From a virus, in the IMG/VR virus record IMGVR_UViG_3300020183_000040, positions 21,187-85,186 of that record: a DNA stretch of 64,000 nt. One strand, written 5' to 3'. Shown here in pieces: positions 29,789-37,451 of the stretch. The notes below the pieces were generated by a model, which had not been told where the DNA came from, ran no database searches, and saw nothing but the letters and a program-made list of their open reading frames with translations. The position numbers were made by a program, and so were the translations under genes. Positions within the stretch are counted from its first letter, which is position 1, and each line of letters begins with the position of its first letter.

Positions 29789-30954
29789 CTTACTCAAATA
29801 CTCCACCAAAAAACTGTATTCAGTCAGATTATAACAGTACATGTAGGATCAATATAAATGGTTCTGCTCAGGAGCAGACATTTATAGAAAATCTTATAGT
29901 TGAGAGTATTGAAATTTATGGTCAAGAAATCTATTATATCCCAAGAACTAGAGTAAAAACTGATGACATTCTCAACGAAATTCAAGCAAGTAGTTTCAAT
30001 TCTGCTTACTCCTGTAGAGCCTACGTCAATAATGTTGAAGGATGGGAGGGACAAGGCGAATTACTTAGCAAATTTGGAGTACGTATCGAAGATAAAACGA
30101 CGTTTGTTATTTCCCGCAAAAAATTTACTCAAAAGGTTGACAACAATGTAGCTCTTGCTGTAGAAGGTAGACCAAATGAAGGAGACCTTATCTGGTTCCC
30201 TGTTGCAAAACATTTGTTTGAAATCAAATTTGTAGAGGCAGAAAGACCATTCTATCAACTTGGTAAAGGATATGTTTGGGAAATGCAATGTGAACTATTT
30301 GAATATTCTGATGAGAAGATTGATACTGGAGTTACTGAAATAGATTCAATTGAAACTGCATTTGCTCATACTATATCACTTATTATGGATCCTGGTGGTA
30401 TTGGTAACTTCACAGTTGGAGAAGAGATTGTTGGTGATGAGTTCCTTGCAAAAGCAACAGCAACAATTACTAGCGGCGCTGTAAGTAGCACAACACTCAG
30501 CGATGGTGGAGAACACTACAATCCAGCAATCCCACCAGCTGTTACATTCTCAGCACCTCCTTCGCCTGGTACACGAGCTACAGGAACTGCAACAGTATCT
30601 GCAAATGGTATTGTAACTGGTATTACGCTAACCAATCCTGGAAGTGGTTACACGTCTGCTCCTACAGTTACGATTGATTACTCACCAAAAGATAACAGGG
30701 CAGAAGTCAAGTCTTGGAATCCAACAACTCGTGCTCTAGAAGTCATCAATAGAACTGGTACATTCACTACTGCTGAAACAATTACTGGTCTTACATCTAA
30801 CGCAAAATGGAGTCCATATTCTTATAACACACTAAATAATACAAACAGTACTTATGATAAGAACTCTGAGTATGAAATTGCCGATGATAGTATCATCGAT
30901 TTTACAGAAACAAATCCTTTTGGAAGTGTTGGATCTACTAGCGGTACATTCTGA
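29785..30954 (+). CDS. gp14: Neck protein gp14 with an inserted Gly-rich repeat domain
   Basis: ESIEIYGQEIYYIPR, LSKFG, RPNEGDLIWFP, FYQLGK and DFTETNPFG motifs. Confidence 0.92.
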   Translation: MTYSNTPPKNCIQSDYNSTCRININGSAQEQTFIENLIVESIEIYGQEIYYIPRTRVKTDDILNEIQASSFNSAYSCRAYVNNVEGWEGQGELLSKFGVRIEDKTTFVISRKKFTQKVDNNVALAVEGRPNEGDLIWFPVAKHLFEIKFVEAERPFYQLGKGYVWEMQCELFEYSDEKIDTGVTEIDSIETAFAHTISLIMDPGGIGNFTVGEEIVGDEFLAKATATITSGAVSSTTLSDGGEHYNPAIPPAVTFSAPPSPGTRATGTATVSANGIVTGITLTNPGSGYTSAPTVTIDYSPKDNRAEVKSWNPTTRALEVINRTGTFTTAETITGLTSNAKWSPYSYNTLNNTNSTYDKNSEYEIADDSIIDFTETNPFGSVGSTSGTF

Positions 30955-31787
30955 TGTTAGGAAATTATTTTTATCATTCAATTATTCGTAAAACAGTTGT
31001 TGCTTTTGGAACACTATTCAACAACATTGAAATTCGTCGTCAAAACGAAGTTATGAAAGTGCCGCTTGCTTATGGACCTACAGATAAGTTTTTGGCAAGA
31101 TTGAATCAAAATCCAGATCCTACTAATAAAAGAGTTCAAATTACTCTGCCAAGAATTTCGTTTGAAATGACAAACATTGATTATGATCCTTCTAGAAAAG
31201 TAGCACCAACAAATAAAATAAAAATTCCAAATGCAGATGATGATTCTAAGACTGCATACATGCCAGTTCCATATAATCTAGAATTTGAATTAGGTATTAT
31301 TGCAAAATCTCAAGATGATTCTTTACAAATCATTGAACAAATTCTCCCATACTTTCAACCACATTTCAATCTCAGTATCAAATTGATTGAGGATATCAAT
31401 GAGATTCGTGATATTCCAATTACACTCAATAATATTAGTTACGAAGATAGTTATGAAGGAGAGTTTGCTACTCGCAGAGCTCTAATTTATACTCTGAAAT
31501 TTACTGCAAAGACATATCTTTATGGTCCTGTTATCGATGCTCCAACTATCAAGAAAGCAATCGTTGATAGTTACACATCTATGGAGCAAATAACTGCTCC
31601 TCGTGTCACCAGATATACAGTTACTCCAAAGGCAAAGGTTGATTATAATAACGATGGATCTATAAATGCTTCTGATGATCCATTTACAGATCCAGATGAT
31701 GATTTTGGATTCAACGAATTATTTGCAACGTTCCAAGACAATAAAAAACGTAATCCAGTGACAGGATCTGATGAGGATATCCCATGA
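30954..31787 (+). CDS. gp15: Tail sheath stabiliser/terminator gp15
   Basis: YFYHSIIRKTVVAFGTLFN, KVPLAYGP, LPRISFE and EQILPYFQP motifs. Confidence 0.93.
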   Translation: MLGNYFYHSIIRKTVVAFGTLFNNIEIRRQNEVMKVPLAYGPTDKFLARLNQNPDPTNKRVQITLPRISFEMTNIDYDPSRKVAPTNKIKIPNADDDSKTAYMPVPYNLEFELGIIAKSQDDSLQIIEQILPYFQPHFNLSIKLIEDINEIRDIPITLNNISYEDSYEGEFATRRALIYTLKFTAKTYLYGPVIDAPTIKKAIVDSYTSMEQITAPRVTRYTVTPKAKVDYNNDGSINASDDPFTDPDDDFGFNELFATFQDNKKRNPVTGSDEDIP

Positions 31788-32212
31788 CTACATTTGATGG
31801 ACTAAATGATGTGTTTGGAACAGAACCAACAGAAGTAAAAAAATATGAAGATCAAAAAATGATTGTGAAAAAAAGTGAGCATGTTGATGTTCGCCAAGAC
31901 TATGAAATCACTCGTGCTCAACTACATAATCTTGTTATGAAAGGGCAGGAGGCTGTTGATGGGATACTTGATGTAGCGCGGTCATCAGATCATCCTCGTG
32001 CTTATGAAGTTGCTGGTCAACTTATCAAAAGTGTTGGAGATGTAGCTGATAAACTTTTAGATCTTCAGAAAAAAATGAAAGATCTTGATGATGAACCAAA
32101 GAAAGGTCCAAGCAATGTAACTAATGCCCTGTTTGTCGGTAGCACTGCAGAATTGCAAAAGCTACTAAAACAGCAAAATAGAATAAATAATACAGAACAA
32201 GAAGGCGTCTAA
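31784..32212 (+). CDS. gp16: Terminase small subunit gp16
   Basis: DYEITR, HPRAYEVAGQLIK and NALFVGSTAELQKLLK motifs. Confidence 0.93.
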   Translation: MTTFDGLNDVFGTEPTEVKKYEDQKMIVKKSEHVDVRQDYEITRAQLHNLVMKGQEAVDGILDVARSSDHPRAYEVAGQLIKSVGDVADKLLDLQKKMKDLDDEPKKGPSNVTNALFVGSTAELQKLLKQQNRINNTEQEGV

Positions 32213-32214
32213 TC

Positions 32215-32490
32215 ATGTCAAGAAGAATTATTGTGCAAAATAGTGAGGTAACTCTCAGTACAGCTACTAATCTAAGTAAGGCAAGATTGGTAAGAGTGTT
32301 GAACGATACCGCTGCAAGCATTGTTCTAACGATTGATGATGCTGCACAGGCAGCTGCTAGAGAAGATTACGATACAAAAGGTTCTAGAACTATTACAGTT
32401 GGATCACTAGAAACTATCTATCTTGAGAAAGAACCATTGGAAACTATCAGTGGTTCTGGACTAAAATGTACAGCAATTGCAAGACAATGA
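32215..32490 (+). CDS. Hypothetical protein, possibly virion-associated
   Basis: Clean ORF directly after gp16; AATAAATA late-promoter-like site at ~32182. Confidence 0.7.
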   Translation: MSRRIIVQNSEVTLSTATNLSKARLVRVLNDTAASIVLTIDDAAQAAAREDYDTKGSRTITVGSLETIYLEKEPLETISGSGLKCTAIARQ

Positions 32491-33788
32491 AAACATTTTC
32501 CGAGTTTATGGCAGAGGGTAATCCTACCGCTCGTATGCTTCACAAATCAAAAACTCAAGTCACAGGGCACATCTCTGCCGATCGTGGCGATGATGAAAGT
32601 GCAAATCGTACAAAGCGCAAATCACTTGAGAAAGATCTAAAGAAGCATGGTATTGGGCATCAGAAGGGTGTAGGTGAATACAAATATTCTTCTGGTGAGG
32701 GCACTGGTAGAGAGGTTTCCTATCAAACATCTAAACCAGATAAAATGTCTAAGCGTAGATTTGGAAAGGTAATGCGTCGTCTTGGTCGTAAGCATGGTCA
32801 AGAATCTGTTATCACAAAAGATTCCAACAAACCTGCTAAACTACATTATACTGATAAAGGATCTAAATCAACATCTGACACTATTGGTCATAGTAAATCA
32901 GGTAAGCACCCAGAAGGATATGGGGAAACTTCGGGCACTAAAGTTCGTGGTTCTAAACTTCCTAAGAAAACCACTAAGTCTGCTTATCACTACGAAGAAT
33001 TTGTTGAAGAGGGATTGAGAAAAAGACTTGCTGCTGGTGCATTAGCTGCCGCAGCTGCAGTTGGATCTGGCGGTGCGGCAAAAGCAGGTCATCATCATGG
33101 TGAGGTTCATGTTCGTCATGGTTCTACTCCTGCAACTGCCACTCATCATTCTGTAGCAAGTGCAGTTGATAAGGCACTTGCAAATAAAGATAGTAGTGGT
33201 GGAAAGGAGTTTCATTCTGCATCTCATGAGAAGGGCAAAACTGGAACAACTGTTCATGGAAAGTATGAGTATTCTGCTTCTGGCGGTTCAGATAATAAAA
33301 AAGCAACAGAGGCTCCTAAACCAAAACGAGGAGAAGATTCTCGTAAACGTGGTAAGCATGATCCGTCAAGGGGGTCAGCGCCAGCAGTTCGTTCTACAAC
33401 ACATAGTCCTGAGCGAGATCGAGCTCAGCATGGTGATCGGGGCAATGGCAATGGTCATCGGAGCAATGGTAGTGGCGGTGACCGTGGCGGCGGATCAACT
33501 TACCGTATGAGCAGTTATATTCCTTCCTTTGGAGACTTCATGTCGGAAGGAGAAGCTTGGACTAGAAAGGAGGGTCAGAATAAAAATGGTGGTCTCAACG
33601 CAGCAGGTCGCGCATCTTACGAAAGAGCAAATCCTGGATCTGATCTCAAGGCACCTTCAAAGAAGGTTGGAAATCCCCGCAGGGCGTCATTCTGTGCCAG
33701 AATGAAAGGAATGCGTAAAAGACAAAAGGATAGTAACAACACTGGCGAGGACCGTCTATCGAAATCGCTTCGTGCGTGGAATTGTTGA
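32487..33788 (+). CDS. Putative internal head polyprotein: SAM-lyase-like module, His/Gly-rich module and DUF6321-like module
   Basis: Start revised to ATG 32487 (ATGA overlap). MKTFSEFMAE resembles the T4 capsid-targeting sequence; internal YEEFVEE and FGDFMSE; GxY/ExS/QESVI motifs; C-terminal RRASFCARM...RAWNC. Confidence 0.7.
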   Translation: MKTFSEFMAEGNPTARMLHKSKTQVTGHISADRGDDESANRTKRKSLEKDLKKHGIGHQKGVGEYKYSSGEGTGREVSYQTSKPDKMSKRRFGKVMRRLGRKHGQESVITKDSNKPAKLHYTDKGSKSTSDTIGHSKSGKHPEGYGETSGTKVRGSKLPKKTTKSAYHYEEFVEEGLRKRLAAGALAAAAAVGSGGAAKAGHHHGEVHVRHGSTPATATHHSVASAVDKALANKDSSGGKEFHSASHEKGKTGTTVHGKYEYSASGGSDNKKATEAPKPKRGEDSRKRGKHDPSRGSAPAVRSTTHSPERDRAQHGDRGNGNGHRSNGSGGDRGGGSTYRMSSYIPSFGDFMSEGEAWTRKEGQNKNGGLNAAGRASYERANPGSDLKAPSKKVGNPRRASFCARMKGMRKRQKDSNNTGEDRLSKSLRAWNC

Positions 33789-33897
33789 TGAGCAATATTT
33801 ATCAGTAAGTAAACACATACTTATCAAATTAGAACTTATTGTAACAATTTTTTTTGGTAAATAGTAGTATAATTTTGTAGCAACTTGATACTTCCTT

Positions 33898-34116
33898 ATG
33901 GTAACGTACTACTGCACAGTAATAACACTCATTGCGATGATCTGGCTCTGGGGTCTAGACGGCACAGAAAGATTATTCCTATATGTAGATTTTCAAATTA
34001 GATATTTTGGTCTAAAAATGAGATTGTGGAAAAGAGCGCGAAGGTTAGAAAAGGAACTTTCTATTCCACAAACATCATTTATAAAATTCTTAGAGGACTA
34101 TAATAATGGAAAATAA
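33898..34116 (+). CDS. Small hypothetical protein with an N-terminal hydrophobic helix
   Basis: ORF track; GTAAATA and TATAAT upstream; overlaps the next ORF. Confidence 0.6.
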   Translation: MVTYYCTVITLIAMIWLWGLDGTERLFLYVDFQIRYFGLKMRLWKRARRLEKELSIPQTSFIKFLEDYNNGK

Positions 34117-34357
34117 AGAACTGTCCGATCTATCAATTGATAGACAGGAATGTTTGAGATGTGGAGCAATCTGGTTGAATGGTCAGCATTATTGGTCTGG
34201 CACTGGTAAGTTGGGAGATCCTCATGATCTTGCTGGATTAGTTTGTAATATGGTCAACGATAAAAATTGTATAAATCCTTGTAAAGGATCTACAAGTGGA
34301 GTAACATGGGTAGATCGTTGGCAAAAATTGGAGAAACTTGAGTGGCCCACAGAATGA
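34106..34357 (+). CDS. Hypothetical Cys-rich protein (CxxC...C...C..C), possibly zinc-binding
   Basis: GAGG RBS; ECLRCGAIWLNGQHYWSGTG..LAGLVCN..CINPC. Confidence 0.75.
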   Translation: MENKELSDLSIDRQECLRCGAIWLNGQHYWSGTGKLGDPHDLAGLVCNMVNDKNCINPCKGSTSGVTWVDRWQKLEKLEWPTE

Positions 34358-34560
34358 ATCAAATACATCCAGAACATCATGTTACTCACAAAGAATGTCA
34401 GGAGATGATTGATGCTGCTATTAGAAAGCATAATAGAAATGCATCAATCATCTCCATGTTCGTCGGTTGGTTTGTCCTTGCTTTATTTGCTGAAGGACTC
34501 CTAAGACTTATAGGCGTTATTCCACCACTACTACCATGGCTCAACATTACCCTGAAATAA
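34354..34560 (+). CDS. Small membrane protein
   Basis: ATGA overlap start at 34354; hydrophobic IISMFVGWFVLALFAEGLL. Confidence 0.7.
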   Translation: MNQIHPEHHVTHKECQEMIDAAIRKHNRNASIISMFVGWFVLALFAEGLLRLIGVIPPLLPWLNITLK

Positions 34561-34727
34561 TTGGGGTCTCACTCTTACTAATATTTCTTGCTACAATGAC
34601 CTATCATGGGATCATGATTCACAAAGGTTTGCGTGGATATAGAAATCATGCAAGGGAAGAACACGAATCTGAGCAGATGCGTCGAAGAATCGAAGACCTA
34701 ATGAATGAAAAAATACATTCGAAATAA
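34536..34727 (+). CDS. Small membrane protein
   Basis: TM segment IIGVSLLLIFLATMTY; overlaps the previous ORF. Confidence 0.6.
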   Translation: MAQHYPEIIGVSLLLIFLATMTYHGIMIHKGLRGYRNHAREEHESEQMRRRIEDLMNEKIHSK

Positions 34728-34732
34728 ATATC

Positions 34733-34861
34733 ATGCCAAGTAATTTTCCGTGGGGTGTAATTGCTATCCTTAGTGTGGGACTGAGTTTCACTCTATATGT
34801 GATCGTATATATACTTCGTATTGCATATTTGGAGATGCAAGATGGCAAAAAGCCCAAATAA
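34733..34861 (+). CDS. 42-aa single-pass membrane microprotein (not in ORF track)
   Basis: MPSNFPWGVIAILSVGLSFTLYVIVYILRIAYLEMQDGKKPK; fills the gap between neighbouring ORFs. Confidence 0.6.
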   Translation: MPSNFPWGVIAILSVGLSFTLYVIVYILRIAYLEMQDGKKPK

Positions 34862-34958
34862 AGGTAAGAAAGGTTCTCCTGGAGGACAAAAAAATTCCAA
34901 GCAAAATCAGGGAAATGCCACAGCTAGAAAAGCAAAAAACGGTGGTAAAAAGAAATGA
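34842..34958 (+). CDS. 38-aa Lys/Gly-rich basic microprotein (not in ORF track)
   Basis: GGAG RBS at 34831; MAKSPNKGKKGSPGGQKNSKQNQGNATARKAKNGGKKK; stop overlaps the next ATG. Confidence 0.65.
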   Translation: MAKSPNKGKKGSPGGQKNSKQNQGNATARKAKNGGKKK

Positions 34959-35167
34959 AGAACCTAGCAATCATTCTGTCAGCAACAAGTCTGGCAGTTA
35001 GTGGAGCATTGTGTTATGGTGCTTACGTAACCTATCAGAAAGCACAGAAGATTCTGGACAATCCAGAGGCGTTTGTCGGTGCTGTTGTGGAGAAACAAGT
35101 CAATAAAGCATTTGAGAAACTACCTATTCCCAAACTAAATACTAAAGAGTTTAGGTTGCCTTTCTAA
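34955..35167 (+). CDS. Small protein with an N-terminal signal anchor
   Basis: MKNLAIILSATSLAVSGALCYGAYV; ATGA coupling. Confidence 0.7.
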   Translation: MKNLAIILSATSLAVSGALCYGAYVTYQKAQKILDNPEAFVGAVVEKQVNKAFEKLPIPKLNTKEFRLPF

Positions 35168-35322
35168 TGAATTATATTGCATTCTTGGTTATTGGATTGG
35201 TAGAAATCGGTCCTAATGTATGTAAAGTTGATTACATGCGTTATGTTGATGTGCAATCCTTTACGATGCCTTGCGATCATATTCAAAAAATTACAAAAGC
35301 TCCAGTGGATAGATCGATATGA
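35167..35322 (+). CDS. 51-aa hypothetical protein (not in ORF track)
   Basis: TAATG coupling upstream and ATGA coupling downstream; MNYIAFLVIGLVEIGPNVCKVDY... Confidence 0.6.
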   Translation: MNYIAFLVIGLVEIGPNVCKVDYMRYVDVQSFTMPCDHIQKITKAPVDRSI

Positions 35323-35723
35323 AAGACCCCTATATCTACAGAATCCGTTCAATTGCAAAGGTGGTAGATGGCGACACTATTGACGCTAACATTGATCTCG
35401 GTTTTGATATCTCTCTCAATAAGCGAATTCGCCTTGCGGGCATTGACACGCCTGAGAGCAGGACAAAAGACGAATACGAAAAGAAACTCGGACTCGAATC
35501 GAAAGAGTGGTTGAAGAAGCATCTGGAGGGATCTAAAGATATTCTTATCAAGACTGAACTTCCAGATAGCACAGAGAAGTATGGTCGTATCATCGGACAC
35601 TTGTATATCAACGGTGAAGAAATATCAGTCAATAATAAAATGATCAACGAAGGATACGCCTGGGAATATGACGGTGGTACAAAACAAAAAGATTTTTGGT
35701 CTCTTCTAAGTAAAAGAAAGTGA
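35319..35723 (+). CDS. Thermonuclease (staphylococcal nuclease-like)
   Basis: KVVDGDTID, RIRLAGIDTPE, EKYGRIIG and MINEGYAWEY SNase motifs. Confidence 0.9.
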   Translation: MKDPYIYRIRSIAKVVDGDTIDANIDLGFDISLNKRIRLAGIDTPESRTKDEYEKKLGLESKEWLKKHLEGSKDILIKTELPDSTEKYGRIIGHLYINGEEISVNNKMINEGYAWEYDGGTKQKDFWSLLSKRK

Positions 35724-35730
35724 AAAAATT

Positions 35731-37386
35731 ATGTCAGCAAGTGATTCGATATATCTTGGTAATCCAAATCTAAAGAGGGCAAATATTACTCAGGAATTTA
35801 CTAATGAACAAATTAGTGAATTTGCTAGGTGTTACAATGATCCTGTATATTTTATTAGAAAATATGTAAAGATTGTTTCTCTTGATGAAGGTCTTGTTCC
35901 TTTTGACATGTATGATTTCCAGCAAGAAATGGTATGGAAATTTCATAACAACAGATTCAATATTGCTAAACTTCCTAGACAGTCTGGTAAATCTACGATT
36001 GTAACATCATACCTTTTGTGGTATGTCATTTTCAATGACAACGTAAACGTTGCAATTCTTGCAAACAAAGCAGCTACTTCTCGTGAGATGTTGCAGCGTC
36101 TACAAAGATCATATGAAAATTTACCTAAGTGGTTGCAGCAGGGTATCGTTCAGTGGAACCGAGGAAGTATTGAACTAGAAAATGGTTCTAAAATCATGGC
36201 AGCATCGACCTCTAGTTCTGCTGTCCGAGGTATGTCATTCAACATCATCTTCCTAGACGAGTTTGCGTTTGTTCCAAACCACATCGCAGATGAATTCTTT
36301 AGTTCTGTATATCCTACCATTTCTTCTGGTCAGAAAACAAAAGTTATTATTATTTCTACCCCAAAGGGTATGAACATGTTCTATAAACTTTGGCATGATG
36401 CTGAACGTAATAAGAACGAATATGTAACTACAGAAGTTCATTGGACAGAAGTTCCTGGTAGAGACGCTACTTGGAAAGCACAGACTATTGCTAACACTTC
36501 AGAATCTCAATTCCGTGTTGAATTCGAGTGTGAATTTTTAGGATCTGTCGATACACTAATTTCTCCATCTAAACTTAGAACTCTAGTTTATGATGAACCG
36601 ATTACTCAAAATAAAGGGTTATCTGTATACCATGGATCACAACCAGAACATAATTATACTATTTGTGTTGACGTTGCAAGGGGTGTAGCAAATGATTACT
36701 CAGCATTTACCGTTATTGATACTACTACTATCCCATACAAATTAGTCGCAAAGTATAGGAACAATGAAATCAAACCTATTATCTTCCCAAATATTATTGT
36801 TGACGTTGCTAAAAATTACAATCATGCATACATCCTTGTTGAAGTCAATGATGTTGGCGGGCAAGTAGCAGATATTATTCAATATGATTTAGAGTACGAA
36901 AACCTCCTAATGGCATCAATGCGAGGACGAGCTGGTCAAATTGTTGGTCAGGGATTCTCTGGTAAAAAAACCCAAATGGGGGTAAAAATGTCATCTGCTG
37001 TGAAAAAAGTTGGTTGCCATAATCTTAGAGCACTGATCGAAGAAGATAAACTAATAGTAAATGACTATGATATTATTTCAGAACTTACTACATTTATTGA
37101 AAAGGGTCAGACATTTCAGGCAGAAGAAGGATGTAATGATGACCTTGCTATGTGCTTGGTAATTTTTTCTTGGTTGGCTCTACAACCTTACTTCAAAGAG
37201 ATGCATGACGATGATGTTCGTCAGAGAATTTACGAGGATCAAAGAGAAGCAATTGAAGAAGATATGGCACCGTTTGGGTTTATGGATGACGGATTGAGTT
37301 CAAATCAATTTGTTGATGCAGAGGGAGAAGTGTGGCATACCGATGAATACGGTGATAAAGCGTATATGTGGGAGTATCTTAGTTGA
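35731..37386 (+). CDS. gp17: Terminase large subunit gp17
   Basis: PRQSGKST Walker A, IIFLDEFAF Walker B, VDVARG and DDLAM nuclease motifs. Confidence 0.97.
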   Translation: MSASDSIYLGNPNLKRANITQEFTNEQISEFARCYNDPVYFIRKYVKIVSLDEGLVPFDMYDFQQEMVWKFHNNRFNIAKLPRQSGKSTIVTSYLLWYVIFNDNVNVAILANKAATSREMLQRLQRSYENLPKWLQQGIVQWNRGSIELENGSKIMAASTSSSAVRGMSFNIIFLDEFAFVPNHIADEFFSSVYPTISSGQKTKVIIISTPKGMNMFYKLWHDAERNKNEYVTTEVHWTEVPGRDATWKAQTIANTSESQFRVEFECEFLGSVDTLISPSKLRTLVYDEPITQNKGLSVYHGSQPEHNYTICVDVARGVANDYSAFTVIDTTTIPYKLVAKYRNNEIKPIIFPNIIVDVAKNYNHAYILVEVNDVGGQVADIIQYDLEYENLLMASMRGRAGQIVGQGFSGKKTQMGVKMSSAVKKVGCHNLRALIEEDKLIVNDYDIISELTTFIEKGQTFQAEEGCNDDLAMCLVIFSWLALQPYFKEMHDDDVRQRIYEDQREAIEEDMAPFGFMDDGLSSNQFVDAEGEVWHTDEYGDKAYMWEYLS

Positions 37387-37404
37387 TTTTGAAAAATTCC
37401 AATT

Positions 37405-37412
37405 TATAAATA
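37405..37412 (+). promoter_or_regulatory. T4-type late promoter TATAAATA
   Basis: Exact consensus before gp18; AGGAG RBS follows. Confidence 0.8.
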
Positions 37413-37451
37413 TTTCTAGAAACTGTAAAGATTCTTCTAGGAGTATTAGAC

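Noticed and set aside
33789-33897. Possible NtcA box or operator in the AT-rich intergenic gap
   Set aside because: GTA...TAC spacings are 6, 9 or 10 rather than 8, and the short TAAGTA/TACTTA inverted repeat could be chance.
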